From: Candidatus Latescibacterota bacterium
GTDB taxonomy: Bacteria > Latescibacterota > UBA2968
Direction: 5' to 3'
Assembly: GCA_965205975.1 (NCBI GenBank)
Contig: OZ242195.1
Span: forward strand, 2,976,001-3,040,000
Length of the DNA: 64,000 nucleotides
In this document: positions 18,070 to 27,965 of the stretch, piece by piece
Layout of the letters: every line of letters starts with the position of its first letter
Numbering within the stretch: position 1 is the first letter of the stretch
Notes under the pieces: generated by a model
The model's database searches: none
The model's input: only the letters and a program-made list of their open reading frames with translations
Told to the model about the DNA's origin: nothing
Program-made: the position numbers and the translations under genes

Positions 18070-20610
18070 CTAATGCTCGTGCCCGTGATCGTGCAGGGGC
18101 GTATGATCGTGATAAATACCGTGCTTGTGCATCTGCTGGTGCAAGCGATTGTGCGCGGCCTCCAGCGTGGCGCGCATCTGTTTCAAACGCCTCGCTTCAG
18201 GTCGCGGAGCGAGCGTATCCAGATAGGCTATTGCCCCTTCGATCTGTTCCAAAACCGTCGTCGCATCCGCCTGTGAAAAAATGGGCCTACCCTCCACAAC
18301 CACCTGCACGGCACTCGTATGTGCGGCAATCTCCCCGTGCTGCCCCTTATAACTCCCGCGCACCCTCAGGGCAATCCACGTCGAATCCTCCACCCGTACC
18401 TCCGCACTCCCCGACACCGACAGGCCCTTATCCACATTCACCTGCTCATGCGTCAGCCCGCCCACAACGATCTCGACCTGATCAATCGGCAAACGCACCG
18501 ACGCCACCTCCCACGTCACATTGACCGTCCCGCCAGAGGAAGGCAACTGCACCTTTGAACCGGGCGCCTTCCCCTCCACCTGAATCTCTGCAAGCGGTCC
18601 CACCGTCACAAACGTATGACCCGCCTTTGTCGCCGCCATCCAGTTCTCATAACTAAACTCGCAATCTCCCAGATGCGTATAAGTACGCACCCCGCCGAGT
18701 TGCGACGCAGCCGCCATCTTATCCGAACCACCCACAACCGGAATGTGGTATCCCAAATTCAAATAGCGATACCAATCGGCAATCCCATAGGGATTGATCT
18801 GTGCATTGTGCGGATTAAACGTCATCATCTCCATCGCGTGGATCAGACCCAGCACAATATCTGCTGCGCGTTCGCACTGCGGATTTGGGCCGTGCGGCAT
18901 CACCACCAGTCCACCCTGATCAATGCACTGTTGCGCCCACTCCGCCATCGTGACTTCCTGCGCATCGCCCAGCGCAGATTCCGACGGTCCGCCCGAACAC
19001 AGCGGATGAATCATAAGCCCCGAATAACCCAGCAGCGAAATATGTCCCAGAACCTGCATGCGGTTCTCGGTGCCAACGCGCACGAGAAACTCGCCATCAC
19101 CCCCAAAATCCCGCGCGCCAAAAGTCGTCTTGCCATCAAAATCCGACACATTGCTGAACATTTCACCCCACTGGCTCGCCAGCAAATTCACCACATTCAC
19201 CCCCTCGCCCTCACCTTCCAGAAGTGCCGTTTGCGGACTCAAAAAATGCACATGCGTATCGGCTGTCACCCACCCCTTTTCCCGCCACTTGAGCACGCGA
19301 TCAATCTCAAAAGTCACCACATCGGTATCCGGCCCCACCGTAAATTTCTCGCGAATCGGCGCAATCTCATACCCCTTCTGGATATCGACATACACATCGC
19401 CCAAAGGCAGATCTGCCACGCATTCCCCCGGAATATAACAATACTGATTCAACCCATTGACATATTCGCCGTAATTATCCTCAAACCAGTGCGGGTTCAC
19501 CTTGCGATGATACCCCTTAGGCGGCAAATACTCCCCGGCCTCGCCGTGCATGTGCAACCGCACAGCAACCGGCGTCTCTGTCCCTTTCTCCACCACCCGA
19601 ATCTCGACAGGACGATGTGCGGGCTGCACCTCCACAATCTGCTTTGCACCTGCCAGATCGTAAGCCTGCGCCTCTCCATCCCCCTCCACATAAAGCTTCC
19701 CCTGCGGGTGTGCGATATACTCGACAACCACCTCAGAAGAAGACCGCTCGGGCTGCACATCCACCTCTGCGCTCAACCAGCGTTCCGCATCGTAATCCAG
19801 CACAGCCCGCGCCGACATCACCACACCCAGATCAATATCTATATCTTCAAACTCGCCATTTCTATTCAATTGCGCGCCCTCGGGCAATACCAACTTCAAT
19901 TTCTGGCGCACCCCCGGTCGCAACGGATGATCGGCGACCTGTGTATGCGTGATCCCCAGCACCAGCGACCGCTCGTTCCTGGGGACCAATGTCAGATGCC
20001 CAATGGGCTTTTCCGGATAGGGATTGGGCAACGCATAAACCCACAACTTTATGCGCCCGCCATCTCGTCCCGAACTGTGTCGCGTCTCGGCGCGACCATA
20101 AGCCGATGCAGGACGCCGTCCCAGACCGTGTTCATCCGTCGCCCCCATCACAACACCGGGCTTGGCCGCAGGCATCGCTGCAAATGCACTTGCCCCCCAC
20201 CCAATACGAGACTGTTGAATCGCAAACCGGCGCAAAATGCGCGTCGCCTCGGACTCGCCATCTTCATATTCCAACACGTAATCCGACACGTGATCGCCGA
20301 GTTCATTGCCATCCATAGCAAAATCGGCCAACCCCTCCTGATAATTACTCACGCGATTCTCGACCCCGTGCAAAAACACCACATAGCTCGCCTTCACACC
20401 GCCCATATCAACGCGCACAGCATCGCCATCGAGCAATATCCCATTCGGTTCATCTGGCGCACCCAATTCAAAAGGCATCCCCAGAATAGACTGAGAACCA
20501 TACATCGCGCCCAAATCTTCGCCACCAAACCCATCCAATTGCACGCGATCCACATTGTAATTTTCCGCCAGCGAAACAGGCGTAAAATGTTCAGATGGGG
20601 GAATATTCAT
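18070..20610 (-). CDS. CehA/McbA family PHP-like metallohydrolase
   Basis: ADTHVHF, GTENRM..LGHISLLG, PHGP, WYRYLNLG..GGSDKM; GGAGG before MNIPPS. Confidence 0.8.
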   Translation of the reverse strand: MNIPPSEHFTPVSLAENYNVDRVQLDGFGGEDLGAMYGSQSILGMPFELGAPDEPNGILLDGDAVRVDMGGVKASYVVFLHGVENRVSNYQEGLADFAMDGNELGDHVSDYVLEYEDGESEATRILRRFAIQQSRIGWGASAFAAMPAAKPGVVMGATDEHGLGRRPASAYGRAETRHSSGRDGGRIKLWVYALPNPYPEKPIGHLTLVPRNERSLVLGITHTQVADHPLRPGVRQKLKLVLPEGAQLNRNGEFEDIDIDLGVVMSARAVLDYDAERWLSAEVDVQPERSSSEVVVEYIAHPQGKLYVEGDGEAQAYDLAGAKQIVEVQPAHRPVEIRVVEKGTETPVAVRLHMHGEAGEYLPPKGYHRKVNPHWFEDNYGEYVNGLNQYCYIPGECVADLPLGDVYVDIQKGYEIAPIREKFTVGPDTDVVTFEIDRVLKWREKGWVTADTHVHFLSPQTALLEGEGEGVNVVNLLASQWGEMFSNVSDFDGKTTFGARDFGGDGEFLVRVGTENRMQVLGHISLLGYSGLMIHPLCSGGPSESALGDAQEVTMAEWAQQCIDQGGLVVMPHGPNPQCERAADIVLGLIHAMEMMTFNPHNAQINPYGIADWYRYLNLGYHIPVVGGSDKMAAASQLGGVRTYTHLGDCEFSYENWMAATKAGHTFVTVGPLAEIQVEGKAPGSKVQLPSSGGTVNVTWEVASVRLPIDQVEIVVGGLTHEQVNVDKGLSVSGSAEVRVEDSTWIALRVRGSYKGQHGEIAAHTSAVQVVVEGRPIFSQADATTVLEQIEGAIAYLDTLAPRPEARRLKQMRATLEAAHNRLHQQMHKHGIYHDHTPLHDHGHEH

Positions 20611-20628
20611 AATGCACCTCCGCAAATC

Positions 20629-20723
20629 AGCGAATCTACGAATCTACGAATCCCGCCCATCCTCCCCAAATCAGTATGTACTACCATTCGTCTATTCGTC
20701 TATTCGTCTATTCGTCTATTCGT
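20629..20723 (+). repeat. Composite element copy A: (CGAATCTA)2-spacer-(ATTCGTCT)4
   Basis: Read directly; direct-repeat partner at 22612-22740. Confidence 0.9.
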
Positions 20724-22592
20724 TTACAAGAAATACCGCTCCTTCTTCACCATCACCTCAAACTCCTCTCTCGCCTTCTTCACCTCTTCCACTGTCGAAA
20801 CCTCGGCAACCGGCACATCCCACCAGCTCTCGTAGCCCGGCACGCGCACCTCGCGATCTACCTCCACCGCAATCACCGTCGTGCGATCCACAGATCGCGC
20901 CTCTTCAATCGCCCTCATCAACCCTTCTCTGCCCTCGGGCCGCAACACATAAGCACCCAAACTCTCGGCATTTGTCGCCAAATCGGTCGGCACATTGTCG
21001 CCATCCAATTGCCCGGTCCGCTCATCGCGCATCCTGTACTCTGTCCCAAACTCCTGCGCGCCCACAGCATCCGACAACCCCCCAATACTCGCAAATCCGT
21101 GATTATCCAGCAGCACAATATTCAGCTTAATCCCCTCCTGCACCGCCGTCGCAATCTCCTGCGCCATCATCAAATACGACCCATCCCCAACCATCACATA
21201 CACCTCCCGAGAGGGATCGGCCATCTTAATACCCAACCCTCCGGCAATCTCGTATCCCATGCACGAATATCCATACTCGAGGTGATATCCCTTGGGGTTG
21301 CGCGTCCGCCACAACTTGTGAAGATCGCCCGGCATACTGCCCGCTGCACAAATCATCACATCCTCCGGCGCCGAACCTTCATTCACCGCGCCAATCACTT
21401 CACCCTGACTCAAAACGGGCCGATGCCCCAAATTGTAAACGCGATCCACCTCGACCTCCCACGCCTCCCGAAATGCGGCAACCCGCTGTGTCAAATCCCC
21501 CGACACGCGATACCCCTGCACCGCTTCTGCAAGTTCCTCCAACACCACCCGCGCATCGCCCACCAGCGGCAATGCCCCGTGTTTGGCCGCGTCAAATTCC
21601 GCCACATTAATCGCGATAAATTTCACATCCGGATTTTGAAACGCCGTCTTTGAAGCCGTCGTAAAATCGCTCAACCGCGTACCAACAGCGATCACCAGAT
21701 CCGCTTCCCGCGCAACAATATTCGCCCCCGGTGTACCCGTCACACCCACCGCACCCAGATTATTGGCGTGGTCGTAATTAAGCGACCCCTTGCCCGCCTG
21801 TGTCTCGCCCACCGGAATTCCCGTCTGCTCCACAAATGCCGCCAGTGCGTCTGTCGCCTCGCTGTACAACACACCCCCGCCCGCAATCACCATCGGTTGC
21901 ACACTCTCCCGAATCCACGCCGCTGCTTTTGACACCAGATCGCGATCTGGTCGGTTGCGCGGCACCACCCACACTCGTTTTTCAAACAACGCTTCGGGAT
22001 AATCAAACGCCTCTGTCTGCACATCCTGCGGACAACACAGCGTCACAGCACCCGTCTCAACAGGCGAAGTCAAAACCCGCATCGCCTCGGGCAATGCCAA
22101 AATCGCTTGATCTGCCCGATTCAACCGATCCCAGTACCGCGACACCGGCTTAAAACAATCATTCACAGAAATATCCTGCGACGCATTGGACTCCAACTGC
22201 TGCAACACAGGCGCCACATTTCGCCGCGCAAAAATATCCCCCGGCAACAACAACACCGGCAACCGATTAATCGTCGCCGTTGCCGCGCCCGTCACCATAT
22301 TCGTCGCACCCGGTCCAATCGACGTCGTACACGCCAGCGTACCCAACCGATTCTTCATCTTGGCATAAGCCGCAGCCGTATGCACCATCGCCTGTTCATT
22401 GCGCGTCTGATAATACCGAAACTCATCGCGATACTCATGCAGTGCCTGGCCGATCCCGGCCACATTCCCATGCCCAAAAATACCCGACATCCCCGCAAAA
22501 AAGGGCTGTTCAACCCCATCGCGCGAAACGTACTGCACTTTCAAAAACTGAACAATCGCCTGTGCCATCGTCAATCGTCGCGTCTTTCCCAT
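20724..22592 (-). CDS. iolD: 3D-(3,5/4)-trihydroxycyclohexane-1,2-dione acylhydrolase (TPP-dependent)
   Basis: LTMAQA..FL, GIFGHGNVAG, RNEQAM, TTSIGPGATNM, YHLEYGYSCMGYE, GDGSYLM, WWDVP. Confidence 0.95.
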   Translation of the reverse strand: MGKTRRLTMAQAIVQFLKVQYVSRDGVEQPFFAGMSGIFGHGNVAGIGQALHEYRDEFRYYQTRNEQAMVHTAAAYAKMKNRLGTLACTTSIGPGATNMVTGAATATINRLPVLLLPGDIFARRNVAPVLQQLESNASQDISVNDCFKPVSRYWDRLNRADQAILALPEAMRVLTSPVETGAVTLCCPQDVQTEAFDYPEALFEKRVWVVPRNRPDRDLVSKAAAWIRESVQPMVIAGGGVLYSEATDALAAFVEQTGIPVGETQAGKGSLNYDHANNLGAVGVTGTPGANIVAREADLVIAVGTRLSDFTTASKTAFQNPDVKFIAINVAEFDAAKHGALPLVGDARVVLEELAEAVQGYRVSGDLTQRVAAFREAWEVEVDRVYNLGHRPVLSQGEVIGAVNEGSAPEDVMICAAGSMPGDLHKLWRTRNPKGYHLEYGYSCMGYEIAGGLGIKMADPSREVYVMVGDGSYLMMAQEIATAVQEGIKLNIVLLDNHGFASIGGLSDAVGAQEFGTEYRMRDERTGQLDGDNVPTDLATNAESLGAYVLRPEGREGLMRAIEEARSVDRTTVIAVEVDREVRVPGYESWWDVPVAEVSTVEEVKKAREEFEVMVKKERYFL

Positions 22593-22611
22593 TTTTTCCC
22601 TCGTGAATAAA

Positions 22612-22740
22612 AGCGAATCTACGAATCTACGGAGCGGGGTACAACTGCGCCAGCAGTTCATCAACGAACCCCGCCCATCCTCCCAAAATCAGTACGTATC
22701 GCCATTCGTCTATTCGTCTATTCGTCTATTCGTCTATTCG
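22612..22740 (+). repeat. Composite element copy B with a ~35-nt hairpin insertion
   Basis: Same arms and spacer as copy A plus gagcggggtacaactgcgccagcagttcatcaacg. Confidence 0.9.
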
Positions 22741-23502
22741 CACATCCGGCCGGTCGTGTACACCTGGAGACGCCAAAATCCGCTTCTGTTGCTCGGTCAA
22801 CCCCTCATAAACCGAACCATCGTACCCCTTTGGCGCGGAAATCAAATGCCCCGGACCGTATTTGTAAAGCAACACCCTGCGCTCGTGATCTGCCCGCCAC
22901 GGCAACGTGCCGTGTACCAGAGCTTCCGTAAAAAAGATCGCATCACCCGCCTTTGCCTCTGGCTGGACAACATAGTGCGGAACCCGCTCAAACCGCTGCA
23001 CATCGCGCGGCAAATCCATCCGGAAATTGCTCTTATGGCTACCCCGGACACAGGCAAATCCCCCATCCCCCGCACCGGCATCCGACAACACATACGTCAA
23101 CACCGACAAACCACACTGCATCACGCCATCTCGATACCTGTAATAATGGTGAAACAAATTCGGCTGCCCACCGTGCAAACTGCCTCGCTTCCCATTCTTC
23201 ATCATAAAAATGGCATAATCGTGATCCAGGCGGAACTTTGGTCCCAGCAACTCAATGAGATAAGGCAACACTTTGGGATGATCGATTAAATCTCGACACG
23301 CCACATCCCAATCTATAATACTCGGCGCGCGGCGCACACCTCTGGCATTGCCAAATTCATTATCCGCCTCCACATCCCCGTAATCCCTGGGAAACGCTCT
23401 ATCCGCCACCGCATTGAGCACATCCAATTCCTCGCGGCTCAACACATCTTTAATCACCAGATACCCATCGAGGTCAAACATAAACTTTTCTTCTGGGGTC
23501 AT
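22726..23502 (-). CDS. Phytanoyl-CoA dioxygenase (PhyH) family protein
   Basis: FDLDGYLVIKDVL, HPKV, GGFACVRGSHK, AGDAIFFTEALVHG. Confidence 0.88.
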   Translation of the reverse strand: MTPEEKFMFDLDGYLVIKDVLSREELDVLNAVADRAFPRDYGDVEADNEFGNARGVRRAPSIIDWDVACRDLIDHPKVLPYLIELLGPKFRLDHDYAIFMMKNGKRGSLHGGQPNLFHHYYRYRDGVMQCGLSVLTYVLSDAGAGDGGFACVRGSHKSNFRMDLPRDVQRFERVPHYVVQPEAKAGDAIFFTEALVHGTLPWRADHERRVLLYKYGPGHLISAPKGYDGSVYEGLTEQQKRILASPGVHDRPDVRIDE

Positions 23503-23513
23503 ATCGCATACTC

Positions 23514-24650
23514 CTATCTATAGGGCAATGGCCTGGGATCGAGCCATTCTACAATTCGATCTTTAATTGCCCATGCAAAAAAGAAATTTCCGCGCGGCGT
23601 ATGATGTCCAATATAATACGGTTCCAAAAACGCCCGCACATCTCCCCGATATGTCGCGTACTCTTCCCGAAAAGCATCGCGCAAATCGATCACTGGCACA
23701 TCCTTTGTCGCCAACCAATTCAAAAACGTCTGGTCAAAAAGCGGCTCACCTTCCAATGCCCGAGCTATATTACTCGAACCATAAGACAAAATCACCAGCA
23801 GCTTTTTCCCATTGGCCTTTGTAAATGCCTCTGCCTTTTCAATCACAAACCGCGTCGCAAACAAAGCCGCCTCGGTATGCAAGCTATAAACCTCGGCATC
23901 CGATCCCGCATTCTCGAGTTCTCCCCCCATACTTTGTGCCATAGCCGACGCATCTTCCACACTGCCTCTGCGCGCCATAACCGCATGCAAAATCGGATCA
24001 TCGCCAAAAGTTTCCCACACCCAATCCGCATCGCACAGCCGATAGAGTTCCTCGGGCGTCTTACAAAAATTCTCGCACTCTTCCACAATTCCACTTTCCA
24101 GATCCACGCGCAAATGCGGCAGCGTAAACCGCCCCTGCCTTCCCATGCGAATGGACCGCCACGCGTCCAAATTTCGAAAGTGGTCGTCATCCCACACATT
24201 CAAAATCACATACTCGGCGGGATACTCCCGCTCCACAATCAACATTCGCCGATACGCCTGATACACACTGTGCCCACCAACGCCGTAATTGCGAACAGGT
24301 TCCAGCAAATGCGCCGCCAAATACTCCTGCCATGTCTCCCCATTGCTCACCTGATCGCAATGCGTAAAACTATTCCCATACGTATGAATGCGACACGGGC
24401 GATCCGCATAATTGACCACCTGCCGCGCACCGTCTTTCTCATAAGCGTAAAACCCGCGCGAATCATCCACACCACCCCCGCGAAACCCATCGCAAACCAC
24501 CCATCCGATCTCCGGATCAAACGCCGACTGTGCATTATTGCACATAATCCGCGCCAACTCTGCTGGCACATCTGCCCTGACAGGCGTCACAAAATGATCC
24601 ACCATCTCGCGCGTTGGCATAATCGACTCCAAATATTCGCGTCCTGTCAT
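23514..24650 (-). CDS. SGNH/GDSL-like hypothetical protein
   Basis: YGNSFT, NYGVGGHSVYQ, GHHTPRGN. Confidence 0.65.
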   Translation of the reverse strand: MTGREYLESIMPTREMVDHFVTPVRADVPAELARIMCNNAQSAFDPEIGWVVCDGFRGGGVDDSRGFYAYEKDGARQVVNYADRPCRIHTYGNSFTHCDQVSNGETWQEYLAAHLLEPVRNYGVGGHSVYQAYRRMLIVEREYPAEYVILNVWDDDHFRNLDAWRSIRMGRQGRFTLPHLRVDLESGIVEECENFCKTPEELYRLCDADWVWETFGDDPILHAVMARRGSVEDASAMAQSMGGELENAGSDAEVYSLHTEAALFATRFVIEKAEAFTKANGKKLLVILSYGSSNIARALEGEPLFDQTFLNWLATKDVPVIDLRDAFREEYATYRGDVRAFLEPYYIGHHTPRGNFFFAWAIKDRIVEWLDPRPLPYR

Positions 24651-24673
24651 TGCTATATCCTCGTATCTTTCAC

Positions 24674-24785
24674 AGGGGCACCGCCCCTACGTCTTGTATC
24701 TTACGTTTTATCGGTGTTTATCGGTGTTCATCTGTGGTTGCATCTCACGCCTTTCATCTGTGTACATCTGCGTGCATCTGCGGAT
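24674..24785. repeat. GTAG-type REP-like hairpin followed by two decamer tandem arrays
   Basis: Minus strand GTAGGGGCGGTGCCCCT; then atcggtgttt atcggtgttc atctgtggtt and atctgtgtac atctgcgtgc atctgcggat. Confidence 0.8.
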
Positions 24786-25269
24786 CGTCTCGCTTCCTGA
24801 TCAACCGGGCCGGTGTCCCTCCAACCACCGAATACGGTTCCACATCGCGCGTCACAACCGCACCTGCGCCCACAATACTGTGCGCGCCAATGCGCACCCC
24901 GCCAATAACCACGGCATTGGCGCCAAACCACACGTCATCTTCTACCACAATCTCCCGCTTCTGCACCCTTTGTTGCACCATCGGAATATCGATTCGATCG
25001 TACCCATGCCCCACACTCGCAAAAACCACATGTGCCGCCACCGCCACATAATTGCCAATGGTCAAAGGCCCGTACAACACGCTATACGGCGCAAAATGCG
25101 TATGGCTACCAATATCGATCCACGCGCCACAGGGATTCACAAAAACCCCATTGTGAAACGCCACATCATCGCCAATACGCACCAATTCCGGATGCCGGAT
25201 ATCGACCAGCGGATCAAAGTGAACCGACTCTCCAATCGCCTTAAATGCCGATCTATCTATCTCTAACAT
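24754..25269 (-). CDS. Hexapeptide-repeat (LbH) O-acyltransferase
   Basis: VEDDVWFGANAVVIGGVRIGAHSIVGAGAVVTRDV..YSVVGGTPA. Confidence 0.9.
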   Translation of the reverse strand: MLEIDRSAFKAIGESVHFDPLVDIRHPELVRIGDDVAFHNGVFVNPCGAWIDIGSHTHFAPYSVLYGPLTIGNYVAVAAHVVFASVGHGYDRIDIPMVQQRVQKREIVVEDDVWFGANAVVIGGVRIGAHSIVGAGAVVTRDVEPYSVVGGTPARLIRKRDDPQMHADVHR

Positions 25270-25279
25270 AAGTGCGTCC

Positions 25280-26713
25280 TCAAAGCGTCCCATGCCCTAG
25301 ATGCTCATCAAGAGCGGCGCTCAGCCGCTGAAAGACCTGGGGAAATTCAGCGGCGACATCGTCCCTCTCATTGCGCTGCAGATCGAACAGCAACTGGGGA
25401 CGCTCGCGCTGAAGGCACTCCGTCTCATCGGACGGCACATGCATCGGTTCGAAGACATCGCCCCCGATGCGCTTTGCCGGATCATAGCCGCGAACCAGTT
25501 TGAAACGCCCATCGAAAACCATGCGCCAGGCACTCAGGCCAGAAAATACCAGATCTCGATGCCTGCGTGCGCGGGCACCGAGATAATCGACGAGAGAACG
25601 ACTGTCGAGATCATCACCGGGATCCAAACCGCCCCACTCGAGGAAACTGGCGGTCAGATCCAGCGTCGTCATCGGCGCGTCGTCGCGTCCAAAAGCCGCC
25701 ACACCCGGCCCAGCGATCACCAGCGGAACCCCCACCGACGCCTGCAGAGGCGACAACTTCTGCCACTGGTCGTAATCGCCGAGCATCTCGCCATGGTCGC
25801 TGGTAAACACAATGATTGTGTTGTCGAGATCACCCCGCGCACGCACACGCGCGACAAGACGCCCGAGGCAAGAATCGAGATGTTCGACAGTAGCCGCCCA
25901 GTTGCGACGCACCTCCTGGTGCGTCTCGGGCGCAATATCCTCTGTATTGAACACGGGAAGAGGAAACTCGACGGACGGCTCGCGGTACCATCGGTGCATC
26001 GCCTCGGTAATGTCCCACGGATGATGGGGATTCTGCAGATTCACCTCCAAATACCACGGCCTGTCGTCGGGCGCCCGATCCAGAAGGGTGAGCGCATTGT
26101 TGGTGATCCAGGTGTCGAAGTACGCATCGTCGGGAAGTATCGTCGGGAAAGTAGCTGTCCACACACCCTCCCGGCTTCGGCGCGCGTAATCGGCAATATG
26201 ATCCTCTGCCAGGCCGCGCGCGTGCAAAAACGCCATGTACGCATCCTGAGGCACCATTTCGTTGTTGCGCATCAAAATGGTCGCCTGATTCAGTCCAGCA
26301 TTGAAAATGGCGTCAGAAAATCCCCATGCCTCCATGCCCTGGCACCCATCCACACCACAGTGGAGCGCAGGTGGACTCCCCGATTGGTTATTGCCCACAT
26401 GGTGTTTGCCTGCGCCCATAACATAGTATCCGGCCTCATCGCGCAGGCGCAGATGGTACTTGAGCATATTATCGGGCGCATAAGTATTGTTACCCCACAC
26501 GCGCGTACGATCGTATTCCTGCCCGGCCACCAGGCAGGCGCGCGACGGGGCGCAAACGGGCGACGGACAGATGGCGTTGGCAAGCCAGACGCCGCGCTCG
26601 GCGAGTTGCCGCAAATGCGGCGTGCGCACCGGAATATCGGGGTTCATCTCGACCCACTCCGGCCGCTGCTGATCCGTTTGGACAAAAAGTATGTTGGGGC
26701 ATCGATCCGGCAT
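25280..26713 (-). CDS. Cys-type sulfatase (choline-sulfatase-like)
   Basis: PNILFVQTDQQR, CAPSR, GKHH, TSDHGEMLGD. Confidence 0.9.
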   Translation of the reverse strand: MPDRCPNILFVQTDQQRPEWVEMNPDIPVRTPHLRQLAERGVWLANAICPSPVCAPSRACLVAGQEYDRTRVWGNNTYAPDNMLKYHLRLRDEAGYYVMGAGKHHVGNNQSGSPPALHCGVDGCQGMEAWGFSDAIFNAGLNQATILMRNNEMVPQDAYMAFLHARGLAEDHIADYARRSREGVWTATFPTILPDDAYFDTWITNNALTLLDRAPDDRPWYLEVNLQNPHHPWDITEAMHRWYREPSVEFPLPVFNTEDIAPETHQEVRRNWAATVEHLDSCLGRLVARVRARGDLDNTIIVFTSDHGEMLGDYDQWQKLSPLQASVGVPLVIAGPGVAAFGRDDAPMTTLDLTASFLEWGGLDPGDDLDSRSLVDYLGARARRHRDLVFSGLSAWRMVFDGRFKLVRGYDPAKRIGGDVFEPMHVPSDETECLQRERPQLLFDLQRNERDDVAAEFPQVFQRLSAALDEHLGHGTL

Positions 26714-26732
26714 ACGCGTTCACCATTTCTTT

Positions 26733-26909
26733 TTATAATAACGCATCTTCACCAAACGTCTCAACATGAAACCGAATGGCAGATTTTACATCCGCCAAAG
26801 CCTCTTCATAAGTATCCCCCTGCCCAACGACGACCCCCTTCAATCCGAGCGGATATCCCACATAACCATCGGCATATCTCTCAACGATAATTCTAAAATT
26901 TCTCACCAT
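26733..26909 (-). CDS. HicB-like antitoxin, 58 aa, orphan
   Basis: Below the ORF-track cutoff. MVRNFRIIVERYADGYVGYPLGLKGVVVGQGDTYEEALADVKSAIRFHVETFGEDALL; AAGGA RBS. Confidence 0.8.
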   Translation of the reverse strand: MVRNFRIIVERYADGYVGYPLGLKGVVVGQGDTYEEALADVKSAIRFHVETFGEDALL

Positions 26910-27003
26910 ATTTCCTTTTTAGAGCTTGAAGTGCTTCGAGCTTTATTAATCAAGTATCTCGATGATCCCTTATGGTTCTTTATCTTCACACAACCTGTAA
27001 CTT

Positions 27004-27909
27004 CTAATTAAAACCCGGATATATGCCGCCTTTTCTGGGACTGTAAGGCAAAAATCGGGGATCATAATAAACCAAAGGCATTTTATTGTGAACATCGGTC
27101 TTAATCACTGCTGTTTTACCAGAATCTCCAGTTGTATTGCTTATAGCGAAATCATCCTCTCCAATATAACCTACTTTGATTTCCCACAGCCAGGCTGTGT
27201 TTCCTCTATTTTCTTTTCCTCTAATAAAATTACCCTCACGATCTCCCAAGACATATCTAAAGGTTATGTACACACCGGCCTTAGGCAAATGTCCCTTGGG
27301 CTTGTTACTTTCCAAAGCCATTTTCAATTCTACATCTACGGCGGGTGCTTTGAGTGGCAATAAATCAGGGTACGCATGAGGTCGATTACGCCTGTATAGG
27401 CCCTCTGATGATTTTGCTATACCACTTCCAAGCAAATTTCCCAACATAGATGAAAAATTTGCGAGTTCGACTAATTCTGTGACCACAGGAGATTGAGAGG
27501 ATATTAATTTTCGGTCAATAGTATCTAATACGCCATAAGCATACTCAACTGCATCAAGTAACACAATGCCCTCAATACCCATTAATTCTAACAGGGTTTG
27601 TTCATTTCTAATATTTAATCTATTAGGCTTTCGCGGCTTTAGAAATTCAGAATATTTAGAATTTTCCTCTAATGAAATCAACTCAGCCATTTGCACCAAA
27701 TCCGATAGTGAAAATCCCAGAGCATGGGCAATTTGATTAGCCACTTGAATGGTGGGTACACGCTCGCGTCGTTCTAATAGCCCCACCATTGTTCTATGGA
27801 TACCTGCTTGTTCGGCTAATTGTTCAAGTGTCAACTGCTGTTCTATGCGAACAGCTTTTATTATAGCAAGAAAATTTTGGATAACTGAATCCAATTGATT
27901 TTGCTCCAT
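27004..27909 (-). CDS. XRE-HTH fused to a putative PD-(D/E)xK type II restriction endonuclease
   Basis: N-terminal RIEQQLTLEQLAEQAGIHRTMVGLLERRERVPTI; C-terminal YPDLL...VELK; divergent from a 5mC methylase. Confidence 0.75.
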   Translation of the reverse strand: MEQNQLDSVIQNFLAIIKAVRIEQQLTLEQLAEQAGIHRTMVGLLERRERVPTIQVANQIAHALGFSLSDLVQMAELISLEENSKYSEFLKPRKPNRLNIRNEQTLLELMGIEGIVLLDAVEYAYGVLDTIDRKLISSQSPVVTELVELANFSSMLGNLLGSGIAKSSEGLYRRNRPHAYPDLLPLKAPAVDVELKMALESNKPKGHLPKAGVYITFRYVLGDREGNFIRGKENRGNTAWLWEIKVGYIGEDDFAISNTTGDSGKTAVIKTDVHNKMPLVYYDPRFLPYSPRKGGIYPGFN

Positions 27910-27965
27910 TCAACAACCCCTTAGATGATGTATAAAAAGTATCAGGATGTGAGCAATAAAAAACC

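Noticed and set aside
18616..20835. Long antisense ORFs (739 aa here; also 25301-26890, 38807-40570, 23601-24800, 5291-6307)
   Set aside because: Shadows of well-supported opposite-strand genes, with no recognisable motifs.
20629..22740. Tandem repeats as a CRISPR array or integron attC sites
   Set aside because: Units are 8 nt with no unique spacers, no cas genes, no RYYYAAC/GTTRRRY cores and no integrase in the window.
26766..27011. 81-aa plus-strand ORF
   Set aside because: Antisense to the HicB-like ORF, which has an RBS and a family motif.
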